Origin: Piedraia hortae CBS 480.64
Taxonomy: Eukaryota
Length of the DNA stretch: 64,000 nucleotides
NCBI GenBank assembly: GCA_010093745.1
Contig: MU006002.1
Coordinates: 62,001 to 126,000, forward strand
Direction of reading: 5' to 3'
Below are positions 47,834 to 58,373 of the stretch, piece by piece (the first letter of the stretch is position 1; the number at the start of each line of letters is the position of its first letter). Below the pieces are notes generated by a model. That model saw only the letters and a program-made list of their open reading frames with translations, made no database searches and was not told the DNA's origin. Made by a program: the position numbers and the translations under genes.

Positions 47834-48870
47834 ATGCCTTCACGGTCAGGTAACCGCACCGCACGACGGTTCTCGCAAGCGCCCATTGAACTTCCTTATT
47901 CCTTTAGGAAGTCTACCTCGAGATCATCGAGAGGATGCCAACGCTGTCCTATACCACGTCATGACAATCAACGGGGCCCACTAAGTGTCTTATGTCACAG
48001 CGTCGAGCCCATTGCGCTCTCTGGCCTGGAAATAGGCATCTACGCTAACTAGGTCTAGGAACTGCGACTCTTTGCATACTGGATGGGGAGCGGTGAAATC
48101 CAAAAGGAACATTGTTGACCGTTCGGTCCGTTCACATCATTTTCAAGAACATATTCCTCACTCCAATAAATAAAATGAAGAACGTGCCCTCCCTGGCCCC
48201 GAGCAGCGTTCGGAGCTGCCGCACAAACCAGTGGTTCATGCTCACCAACATATCGCTTTCCTCAGCTAGAGTACGTCGACCAACATCAATACAATGGCTA
48301 TGATCGCGTCTCATCTTATCGAGCGTGACAACTGGGTCAACGAAGCCCAGCAATCAACCCTTCTTAGCAAAGCGATCAACGCTCCGTCTGCAATCGGAAC
48401 CACGGAAAAGGAAACGAGTTGCAAAATCTATCTAATGGGGGCGAAATGTCCACCGAATCCATCTACCTTCCAAGCCTGGCGGGCAAGTATCCGACTCTCA
48501 AACTCTCAGTGACCCATCGTCTGGACGAATTTACATCACCAAAACTCAAAGAACTACTCATAACCTTCACCAAGACGATAAAGTCTCCCATATCACCTCC
48601 GCTTTTAGGCCATTGGCGTTTCGGCCTGTACATCTTCGTCTCGGCGCTTCAGCGCTCCAGCGCACCAGGGTCAGTCAAATCACCGATACCGATATCCGCC
48701 GCGGTACCAAATTCCACACATCTATCTTTGACGTGAAGAGCAACATGGCGCTTGTTGCGCTTGGAAAGGTCTATCCGGCTTGCACGTTGGCGAGCGTAGC
48801 GAGCCCAGAGCTGCTGCGCAGCGTCACAAATCCCTTCTTCCCGCACCAATCCAATCTTAGGGGTTAGTGT
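47834..48870 (+). pseudogene. F-box-like/LRR-like protein pseudogene, copy 2
   Basis: Fragments EVYLEIIERM, LSVLCHSVEP..GIYAN*V*ELRLFA, MAMIASHL and IFDV..LVALGKVYPACTLASVASPELL..PFFP align in order with the relic at 3295-4736. Confidence 0.62.
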
Positions 48871-49120
48871 GTACGTGCGGTGGCCTTGCGAAGGGAACAC
48901 CGCCGAATGACGTGGTGGAATTTCATGATTTACATTCTCTCAGCCTCTGTCCGTTGGCGAATAATAACTTTCAAATGTGGGTCAGGTGGATGCTGTCTGG
49001 TGGTGAGAATGAAGTAGTAAGCCTATGATACGTTAGCTCCCATCAACCCACCCCGACAACTGCTTTCCCAAAAGAACAAGCAGACTTTGCTTTTTGTTGG
49101 TTGAATGTAAAAAAAATGAG

Positions 49121-49212
49121 CGACACCTGCAGGATTCGAACCTGCGCGTCCGAAGACACTGCCTTGTCGAACAAATAGCAGGGCAGCGCGTTAACCACTC
49201 CGCCAAAGTGTC
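49121..49212 (-). tRNA. tRNA-Ser(GCT) with 11-nt intron
   Basis: GACACTT/AGGTGTC acceptor stem, A box TGGCGGAGTGG, anticodon stem CTGCC/GGCAG with CT-GCT-A and intron TTTGTTCGACA, long variable arm, GGTTCGAATCC, and downstream T8 terminator (49109-49116). Confidence 0.95.
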
Positions 49213-49564
49213 TTACTTATCACACAATCTAGGATGTAATATACAAATACCACTAGATTAAGGCGTTAAATTCCATGCCAGTCTGTCACAACTTCCGTCA
49301 ATCTATGTCGTGTCAATCAATGTCCAAACTACCGTGTCAGTTTTCATCACAGTGAAATCATAATCCGTAGTCTTAAAATAGTAATATCGCAGGAAATCCC
49401 TAAGACTCAATGCATAATACAAACTTTTCCTCTACCCCTGCAAAGATCTCACCCAGACCCAACACCCGCTAGCTATACCCACAAAGTAATACACCCGCGA
49501 AGCATGCCTAACTTCTCTCCTTACGTCACCTTATGGTCCAAAACATCCCTACCGCGAAGTATCC

Positions 49565-52500
49565 CTACCCATCCATATACCCGAGCAGAACACGCCCCAA
49601 CTCTCCAAACTCGACCGGCTTGGTCAGATAATAATCAAACCCGACCTCAACGCATTTATCCTGCACATCGCCTAGGACATTCGCCGAGAGGGCGACAATT
49701 TTGAGTGGGTTCGCGAAGCGGTTCTCCCTCTCCCAGGTTCTGATTTCGGTACAGGTTTGATAGCCGTCTTTGTTTGGCATGAAGAGGTCGCAGAGGATGA
49801 CGGAGTAGTAATCATGAGGACGAGAGAAGAGGAGTTGAGTACATTGGACTCCGTCCGAGACGGTATCGAGTTCGATGTGGGATTTGGACATGAATTTCGA
49901 TATCACCTGGATGTTTGTTAGTGGGGATTTGGAGGGGGGGGGGGGGGGGATTGTCACCTAGGGATCAAGATGTCACTCACGGTCGGTTGGGACCTTTAGG
50001 TTGTGACATTTTGATTCCATTTGATGGTGACAATCGCGGATATAGGGACGACATACGATTTGATTGACACGATTATCCTCGACGAGGAGAACCCTCTTCC
50101 CTTTACCGCCCAGGCGGCGATTCATTTCCTCGAACACCTGCTTCTGCGTGAAGGCGACCTGCTGCGCACTATCCTGATTCCGATCGGTGCTCATTTCACG
50201 TTCGCGGTGGGGGTCAAAGACCACTGCGAAGCGGGAGGGCTTCAGCGGTTTAAAAACGAACTGTAATCGCCGAGAAGAGGAGAGTCTTTCGTAGTCGTAC
50301 TGTGGTGCCTGTTCCATGATTTTGCGTCTTTGGGCGAGGTCGGTGATTATGATGACAGATGTGCCGGAGTGGCGGGGTGAGGGGATGATGAGGTTTATGA
50401 GGGCGATGATTTCGTCGATATCTTTGAGGACGGCTACGATGTGCGTGAACCTTACAGGGTCGTCGCCTTGGAGCATTTCTTCACATTCCCGTAAATGTTC
50501 GCGGGAGGTGATTTGGTGGGGTATGCTTCTTGGTAAGGTCTTGTCGATATGTGTGACGGTTGCTTGACGGCTGTATTTCAATGGGCAGAGGATCATGATG
50601 GAGTACATGGGAGGCGTTTGTCCAGCGCTGAGTGGAACCAGCTCGGATTTTGGAGCTGGCTTCGCGTTAGACGGCATGGCCAATTCAATTCCGTCGCTGC
50701 TCGGAAGATACTGCGTAACAGATGACGCAGAAGAGCGGGTTGAGCCTACACTGCTAGTGGGCATCAGAGACAGACTGGAGCCTCCAGAAGAAGGCGCAGT
50801 TAACGCCGAATCTGGCCATGGATACGATGTGCGCGGAGATAATTCCTGCCGCGAAGGACGTAATGCTTGCACTGGCTCCGGAGATTGGAGCAAAGGCGGC
50901 GGAGTTGGCACCGCATAAGGCGGCTTGTCCTTATCAGACGGTACCGTGGTGCGGATATAAAACGCAAAAGTAGATCCTTTTCCAGGCGCCGATTTAGCAC
51001 TCAAATCACCGCCGTGTAGCTGAACCAACTGCCTTGATATAACCAGCCCCAAGCCAGTACCGCCGTGTTGACGAGTACTGCTACCGTCAATCTGACTAAA
51101 CCGCTTGAAAAGGTGATCGGCCTCCTTCTCGGTAAATCCACGGCCAGTATCGACGACCTCAAACTTGATGTACATGTCACTTGGCGGTAATTGACCACTT
51201 TTATCCGGCATCAAGCTACATCTGACGAAAACCTCACCCTCATCCGTAAACTTGATTGCATTGCCAATGATATTCAGCAACACCTGTCTGATCCTGAAGC
51301 GATCTCCCTTGACTTGCGCCGGGACGTCTCCCTCAACCGTGTAGTTCAGCTCTAGCCCTTTGTCAATAGCAAGAGCCGAAGTCAAGTCGTTGACTTCTTC
51401 AATCAGCGCGCGAATATACAGCCACTCGTAGCTGAGCTGAATCATGCCGGCCTCAGCCTTAGACAGATCAAGAATGTCATTGATCAACCCCCGCAAACCC
51501 TCTGTGCTGGAACGAATGATATTGACATGCTCCATCTGCTCCGAGCTGAGGTTGCTGTCAATGAGAAAGTTGACCATGCCCATGATTCCATTCAGCGGAG
51601 TTCGAATCTCGTGCGACATGTTGCTCAAAAAGCGCGACTTTTCATCCATTGCCGTTTTGAGATCGCGCTCGAGAGTTTTGTGATCATTAATGTCGGTGCA
51701 AGTCCCATACCAGATCTCCTCTTCCTTGGAATTCTGCAGCATCGGCTCAGCGAGAAGAACACGAACGAGAAACCAGCGATAGTCTCCCTCCTTGCCCCGT
51801 AGCCGAACCTCTGTAGAGTATGATGGCCGTCCGTCAGCATCTCTAGTGATTCTAGGCCTCTCAGGAACAGCGCGGTCGAAGCGTTTGCCGTCAGCTGTCG
51901 TTCCGGGACTCACCAGAGGCCGTTCAGTGTTTTCAGACGACACACTAGACGAGCTCGACACGGTTTCTGGTCGTTTGGACGGCACATTCAACTTACTCAC
52001 GTCATCCCACAAGGGAAGAGCGCACTTAGACAGATCCCCCGGGTGCACGTGGTTCATGAAACCAAGTCCCAGAGCCTGAGCCTCTGCCTGGTCTGAATAA
52101 TGCACCCACTGCGAGTTACAGAATATCACGCCCTTGGCTCGATTAACCGCAAAGACAATCTGCGGACTAGAATTTGCCAAAGCACGATACTTGGCCTCTG
52201 AAGCCGCCGTCTCTTGCTGCCGAGTTGCATTGAGCTCGGCAAGGTGCTGTTCGTGAAAGTCCATCATTGTGCCAATCCAGTGAACAATCCTCTGATTTCT
52301 GTCCTTGAGAGGAGCGGCCCGGACGTAAAACCAGCGAAAGCTCCCGTCAAATCTCTGCAAACGAACCTTTTGCTGCAGCTGCTGGGCGGATCGCAGTGAC
52401 CTGTTCCAACTCGACAGAAATTCCAGCCTATCATTAGGATGGATGGCTTGCCAAGGCTCCTTAAGCACTTGCTTGGGCTCTTGAGCTCGGTAGACGAGGA

Positions 52501-55258
52501 ACTTGGAATTCACCCACGAGATCTGACCTGTATTGGGCTTGGCTGTGAAGATCTGCACCGGCACAGCGTCAATGATTGTCCGCAACAGACGCTCTGAAGG
52601 CGGTGGCATGTCCTCGGAGAACGACTGGTTCCTCATATGGGCGCTGCTAATCGTACCAAACGACGCCTCAAAGTCAGCTCCGTACGAGTGCAACAGGGAA
52701 TGACGATGGGTTGGCTGATCTTGCTCAGTGACGTTTGATATCAGCGAGCGAAGGGCAGATCGCGGCGCTTTACCAACATCGGCATTGGAAGTTGGGCTGA
52801 TGTTCATGTCCAATGCATGCATCCTCCACGAGCGCTCATCCTTGGCCGAGCCGTTATTTCTGTGCTTTTGTTCGCTGTGTGGTGACTTTGCGTCATCTGG
52901 GTGACCCTTACCAGCAGACATGGGCGGTTTGGCTGGGGTCACCTGAGACACTGATCCACCGTTGCTGGTCCGTTGAGCCGCTCCTCGTTTCTTGGCCTCA
53001 AAGTAGCTGTCAACTATTTCCGACCCCGACAAAAGCGGAGTGCCGGCGCGAGACCGGTTTGCAGACCATCCAGGCGGGAGTGAATCCCAAACCGGCGTAG
53101 CAGGAACCGAGCCCATTGGGCTGTGTCTGGAGCGACCAGAATAGTCAGACGGGCTAGCAATGCTGCCCGACGTGGACGCATTGAACTCTTCGATGTGGAA
53201 GCGAGTAGGATAGTCCAGGGCTGTGGGTGCAATGACCATGGGAGCAGCGGTTGCAATATGGCCCGAGGTTGTGCGACGGTGTTTGATGGAGACATTTTGA
53301 ATGTGCATTGAAGAGAACTGCTGGGCAACGGAGAAAGACGTGGCAAGGTGCGGCGCCAGCAGTTCAAGAGCGCGGGTGAGATTACTGGGATACGGTACTG
53401 TCGAGCTCAGCAGCGATAGAATGGCTATGGGCGACTTCCTCTCAAGATCCAAAGTGTTGCTCAGTTGAGGCGGCGCATGGCGGTCCTTGGGCTGCTTCAC
53501 CCTAAACGACTGCATCGGCTGTGAGAGCGTGGGATGCACGAGTGGAATGTGAATGACGGTACTAGCCTTGTCCACGCCAATGGCTTCCACCTGGGCAAAT
53601 TGAGAGTAGTCCCTTGGCGTGGCGGTCGTCGGCGCAAATGAATCTTCAACCCGAGTATCCTCGACAGGGAAGAAGGGGTTCGCGTCCTCATCTATCTGAA
53701 TAGCCGGAGACGGCGCAGGCGATTGTGCCCAAGGTGAGGTTGGATACTGCTCATACTCTTCGTAACCTCTCCGACGCTCCCAGGGGAATTGCGGTCCTTG
53801 CGGCCCCAGGCTTGAACGACGGTCAGCTGAGCGGGTATCCCTCGAAGTGGAGATATCCTTAAAATCTTCAGTTTCTGGCAGAGGAGATGACTCGCTGGTG
53901 GAGTCATACTCCCTCGTAACCGTCACCACCCGCCCACGCTCGAGGACGCGAATGATACCACACGACCCGACCAGAGGACGCTCCTCGTGATCTAAAGAAT
54001 GCAGGGTCGCGAAGACTTCGGCATACGGCGCACCATCGCTGCTGTCTCCAAAATTGCTAAACTCTGGGTCGGTGGCAGCCGTATGGCGCGTACTGGCTGA
54101 AGACGCTGGACGTCGAGCCGGGGAGATTTCAGTCGCTGAAGGTGTGGGTACATGCGTCACTGTCCGTCGGGGCCCAGCCGGACGAACCGGTTCACTTGAA
54201 GGCTCTGTATGTCTCGATGGGAGCCTAGGTCGGCATTTCTCTGGCGCTTCATCTCCGGGCCGTTCCTGCAGGACGGATTCCCAGGATGGAAGGTGCACGG
54301 GCCGTTCGGGTGATGAATGGGTCGCCGAGTATTCCTCACGCCCATTCATACTAAACGTGGCTTTCTGGCCCCAGGGGACGTTCTCAATGTCAGTTGGATC
54401 TGACGGAACGACGAGAGAGACGCGATCAGCCTTGAATTCATCGTGCATCATGTTCACGACGGCAGTCCACCACTGTTCCATTCCAGGATCGCAGCTGAGC
54501 GCTAGAACGAGGTCATATAGGTTAGGCGTTGGGAACTGCGGGTTGTCCATAGCTTGATCGGCCTGGCCAGGCATAAAATCGTGTGAATGCGAACCAGGAG
54601 TACTCTGAAACGACCGGTTCGAGGCATGTTCTCCGGGAGTTCTTCCCAACACTGTGGGAGATAGGGTGGTGAAGGGTTGGTGGAATGCGGCAGACCAGGA
54701 TCGTGGAGTGCTGGGAACGGTAGGGAAAGGGTATGAAGGTGTTTTTAGAGGCCTGGGATCGGCCGGCGCTGATGTCCCCGACGGGCGAACGGTGCGAGAT
54801 GAATCAGTAGACTCGGTCGACTGGTGGGATTGCTGAGACTGGCCGGAGAAGGACGAGATCGCCGAGAGGGGCCGCGGCCAGGCTTCCACAGGTGGGGACA
54901 TGTGCGTCGATCCTTCGTCGGCCATAGCCATAGGCGAGGCGACGCGGGGGCTCCCCAGCTGGCCCGAGAAACGTCTCCCAATGCATTGTGTCGCCGAGAC
55001 TTTCTGGTGGACGGCCTCCTTAAGTATGGCCACCTTGGCATCGTCATGTCTCCGCTGTTCATACTGTCTCTGCTCGTCCATTTGCTGATCGTCCAGCTGC
55101 TGCTTGTCGTGTTCGCGCTCCAGCTCGCTTAGGCGCGCGGGTGGGGAGCGGATGAGCAACGGGCGCGACTTTCGGTGGGACCCATCGTCGGGCGCAAAGG
55201 CTTCGGCCAGGGACTCGTCAGTGGCATCAGCGACGACTCTTCCGTGGCTCGACTGCAT
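49565..55258 (-). CDS. Hybrid histidine kinase with PAS domains, HisKA, HATPase and receiver
   Basis: Two PAS/PAC regions, FLSNMSHEIRTPLNG, QVLLNIIGNAIKFT, DTGRG, GGTGLGL and receiver VLLVEDN...ILCDLFMP...LTKP; intron 50056-49907; first in-frame ATG at 55258. Confidence 0.95.
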
Positions 55259-55687
55259 CCCGCGCGCTACTGGCGTCTGCACCGTTCACCATACAGACCC
55301 TGGCTATCTTCCACCTCGTGACGTCACAGTAGTTCATCCTAAGCGACGCAGCTGCCGCCAATAACTAATCCGCGCTGCAATTACCAATTCCGTGCTGAAA
55401 TTATCACTCCCGCGCGCGCGAGACGTGAGTCAAAGACGGCCGTCGTGGTGGAGTGTCGTTGGACGTTGTGATTGCCTCAGGCAACATCCGATCACAACAG
55501 CCAATAAGCAAGACACATCTTGCAGCCGTTGACGCTAATGCAGTTTGTTCCATTTCGGTCGTCTCTACCCTAACGCCCGCTCAATCACATGCAAATCCAC
55601 CCAAACCACCATCACGCACTTCATCCCACCCCACCACCCTACTTCATCCCACCTTCGATATCCTGCTTACTCCCAGTATGTAGACCA

Positions 55688-56839
55688 CTAGCCCACGCAC
55701 TGCTGCGTCTGTCCCTCTGGCGGTCTCGCCCTTTGCAACGCTGCCGTCGAGTCTGGCAGACTCCCGATCGTCTTTAACAGCCAAGTCTTCTCGTCATTAA
55801 ACTGTTCATCATCCGTCCTGTTTTCCAAGAACCTGGGCAAGAATTTCAACAACCTGTCCTTATTCATAATCAAGAACTTCAAAACATCGTAGCTCTTGTT
55901 CGGATTCGCCACGAAGATCTTGAAAACATGAAAAGCCTCGTACTGTACCATCCTCCGTTCGTCTTTGAGCTGCCACATGATCAACTTCAAATTATCCCCC
56001 GAGTCCACGTAGAACGTCATGACCTCATAAAACTGCCGATCCAGCAACAACTCCCCAAGCAGTTTAATCGACTGCCTCTTGGTAACATAACTCTCCGACT
56101 TGATCAACACTTCATTATATTTTTCAAAAAACCTCTCCGCATTCGTCGCCACAAACTGCGACACCAGCGGCTTATGCTTCGTCAAGATCAACCTGAACGT
56201 ATCAAACGCATCTGCGCTGATCTCGAAACTCGAGCGATCGATCCACTCAAAGAACCTCCAAAACACCCCCTCCCCCGACGCCGGCTGCGAAACATCGATA
56301 TCTCCGTAGATGTCCACCGTCTTCGCGGGATCATCCCTCTCGTCATATAGAATCACAGCAGCGACAGCATCCCACTTCAACGCCTCTTTCAGCACCCCAC
56401 TGCATGCACTCGCGCTCTCCTTCCTCTCATACCCATGACACAGCTTAACCACAATCCCCGGCTGTCGGTGTAGGACCTCACTCAACGCATCGGGTTCCGC
56501 CGACGCTGAACTCCCGCTGCTCCTGTACCTAAACACCGCCGAAATCACAGCCTGCACATCCTTCCTCGCCTCAAACGGAATCAGCGAGATACACTCTACC
56601 AATTCTGGTAACACATCCTCCGCTAAAACAGCGTTAACAACATTGTAAACCTGCTCGGGGGTAGCGTCCACGTCAGGCGATCCCTGGAGACTAATCTTTA
56701 GTTGCATCAGGTTGCGGACGAGTTCTTCTTCGATTTTCGCGGCTTTGGGGTCGGAGGTCAGCCGCTGGACTAGTTCTTTTGTAGAGTGCACTAGTTCGTG
56801 CGTGGAGCGCGGTTTTGTGCGGCCGAAGAGGAAGGACAT
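55688..56839 (-). CDS. hymA: Mo25/Hym1 family scaffold (conidiophore development protein HymA)
   Basis: MSFLFGR start, FEARKD, SYVTKRQSIKLLGELLLDR, QYEAFHVFKIFVANP and DDEQFNDEK. Confidence 0.93.
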   Translation of the reverse strand: MSFLFGRTKPRSTHELVHSTKELVQRLTSDPKAAKIEEELVRNLMQLKISLQGSPDVDATPEQVYNVVNAVLAEDVLPELVECISLIPFEARKDVQAVISAVFRYRSSGSSASAEPDALSEVLHRQPGIVVKLCHGYERKESASACSGVLKEALKWDAVAAVILYDERDDPAKTVDIYGDIDVSQPASGEGVFWRFFEWIDRSSFEISADAFDTFRLILTKHKPLVSQFVATNAERFFEKYNEVLIKSESYVTKRQSIKLLGELLLDRQFYEVMTFYVDSGDNLKLIMWQLKDERRMVQYEAFHVFKIFVANPNKSYDVLKFLIMNKDRLLKFLPRFLENRTDDEQFNDEKTWLLKTIGSLPDSTAALQRARPPEGQTQQCVG

Positions 56840-56909
56840 TGTGTCCTGAGTGTTGGGTTGGTTGCGTGCAAAGGGGATGTGGGGGGAGTGTCGTTCCTGC
56901 CCCCGCAAC

Positions 56910-58217
56910 ATGGACAATGACGGGTTTAGGAGGTTATTCACAGAGACGCAGGATCAGATAGGAGGGGGTGGTGGGCCGAAGAATAGGGGGTTTTTGGGTC
57001 GCGCGACGAAGATGAATCAAGCGACAGAGGCTTTTGCGCCAAGGAGTGTGCAGCCTAAGCGCAGCGTGCAAACGAAAGCCGCGCAGCCAAAGGGGACGAA
57101 GCTTGCGAAAGGGTATACGGATCGCGCGGCGGCGAGGCAGCGGGAGACTTCTCCGGAGCCTGAAGCGGGGGAGGAAGTGGAAGGGGGCTCACTCGCGACT
57201 ACGCACCTCGTCAAGGGGTTGGACTGGAAGCTGCTTGAGCGGGTTAAGCGCGGGGAGGACGTTTACTCTAATACCAAAGATGATGAAGTCTCCAAGGATG
57301 ATGAGCTAGACGCTGAGCTAGATGCGCTGGCTGAGAAGGAGGTGGAACGCGCCCCCACGAGTGGAAAGCCACAGGGCAAGAGGACGAGAGATGAAATCCT
57401 CGCAGAGCTAAAAGCATCCAGACAGGGAGAGTTGAATGAGAAGTGGAGGAAGGTGACGGGCCGCAACCCTCCGGTACAGGTTGATAAGAAGGGGAGGGAG
57501 GTTAGGTATGTTACAATGAAGGATGGGAGGGTTAAGAAAGTTGTTAGGAAGGTGAAGCCTCAGGCAGATTCCGTGATGGACGATATGTCCAAGGCTGAGG
57601 AAGGCGATCGCGGGACTAGTCTGGGAGAGGAGCCTCCCGGAGAGGCTGTCCAAGCCGATGCCAAGGGCGGAGACGAGGATCCCATGCAAACCCACCCCAC
57701 TACCAACGACAAAGGGTCAAGTAACCCCAACGCTAAAATCGTAGACAAAGACGGCTCCGCGGAACCGCCCTCCCCCGACAAGGTTGACGACGACGACGAC
57801 GACGACGACGACGAAGACATCTTCACAGACAAAGGAAGAGACTACAATCCCCTCTCCTCGCCCTCTTCACCCGCAAACTCTGAAGGCGGAAGGGCAGTAA
57901 AGGTGCCCAACCCGAAAGAGCTCTTTTCAGAGCCCAAACCCTCTGAAAGAGCCCCCAAAGCGAACCTACCGAAGAACATCTTCCCAGACCGCAAAGCAGA
58001 GAATAAGCCCCCCCTCCCCATCCCCATCCCCCTCCCAGTCCCAAGACCTTCCAACCCGGAGAGAGAGCAGGAAGATGACACCCTTAAACGACGACAAGAA
58101 AAGTTACAGCAGCACCTTCGCGAAAGCGAGCGAGATAACATCGACGTTTACGGTGAGGATCACGTCTCCAAAAGCGAAGGCGAGTCGTCCAAGCGGAGGA
58201 AAAGGCGTCGAAAGTAG
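56910..58217 (+). CDS. RED-like (IK) N-terminal domain protein, putative splicing factor
   Basis: MDNDGFRRL, GYTDRAAARQ and GGSLATTHLVKGLDWKLLERVK motifs; basic NLS-like C-terminus. Confidence 0.8.
   Translation: MDNDGFRRLFTETQDQIGGGGGPKNRGFLGRATKMNQATEAFAPRSVQPKRSVQTKAAQPKGTKLAKGYTDRAAARQRETSPEPEAGEEVEGGSLATTHLVKGLDWKLLERVKRGEDVYSNTKDDEVSKDDELDAELDALAEKEVERAPTSGKPQGKRTRDEILAELKASRQGELNEKWRKVTGRNPPVQVDKKGREVRYVTMKDGRVKKVVRKVKPQADSVMDDMSKAEEGDRGTSLGEEPPGEAVQADAKGGDEDPMQTHPTTNDKGSSNPNAKIVDKDGSAEPPSPDKVDDDDDDDDDEDIFTDKGRDYNPLSSPSSPANSEGGRAVKVPNPKELFSEPKPSERAPKANLPKNIFPDRKAENKPPLPIPIPLPVPRPSNPEREQEDDTLKRRQEKLQQHLRESERDNIDVYGEDHVSKSEGESSKRRKRRRK
57786..57812 (+). repeat. (GAC)9 coding microsatellite (poly-Asp)
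   Basis: Direct reading. Confidence 0.95.
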
Positions 58218-58373
58218 TCCTGCCCCCAAAAAGAACGAATCCCTTCCCACCACACACCTGTAGACCAGCAAAGCTTTCATATCAAACACCCTCCCTAATA
58301 TATCCTAACACACGCTTACACCCTCATAGTCCTCCCCCACTAGTAATAATCATCCCAACCCCCCTTCTCTGAC

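Noticed and set aside
56840..56941. N-terminal extensions making the hymA and RED-like ORFs overlap
   Set aside because: Begin at non-ATG codons; family-typical N-termini start at 56839 and 56910.
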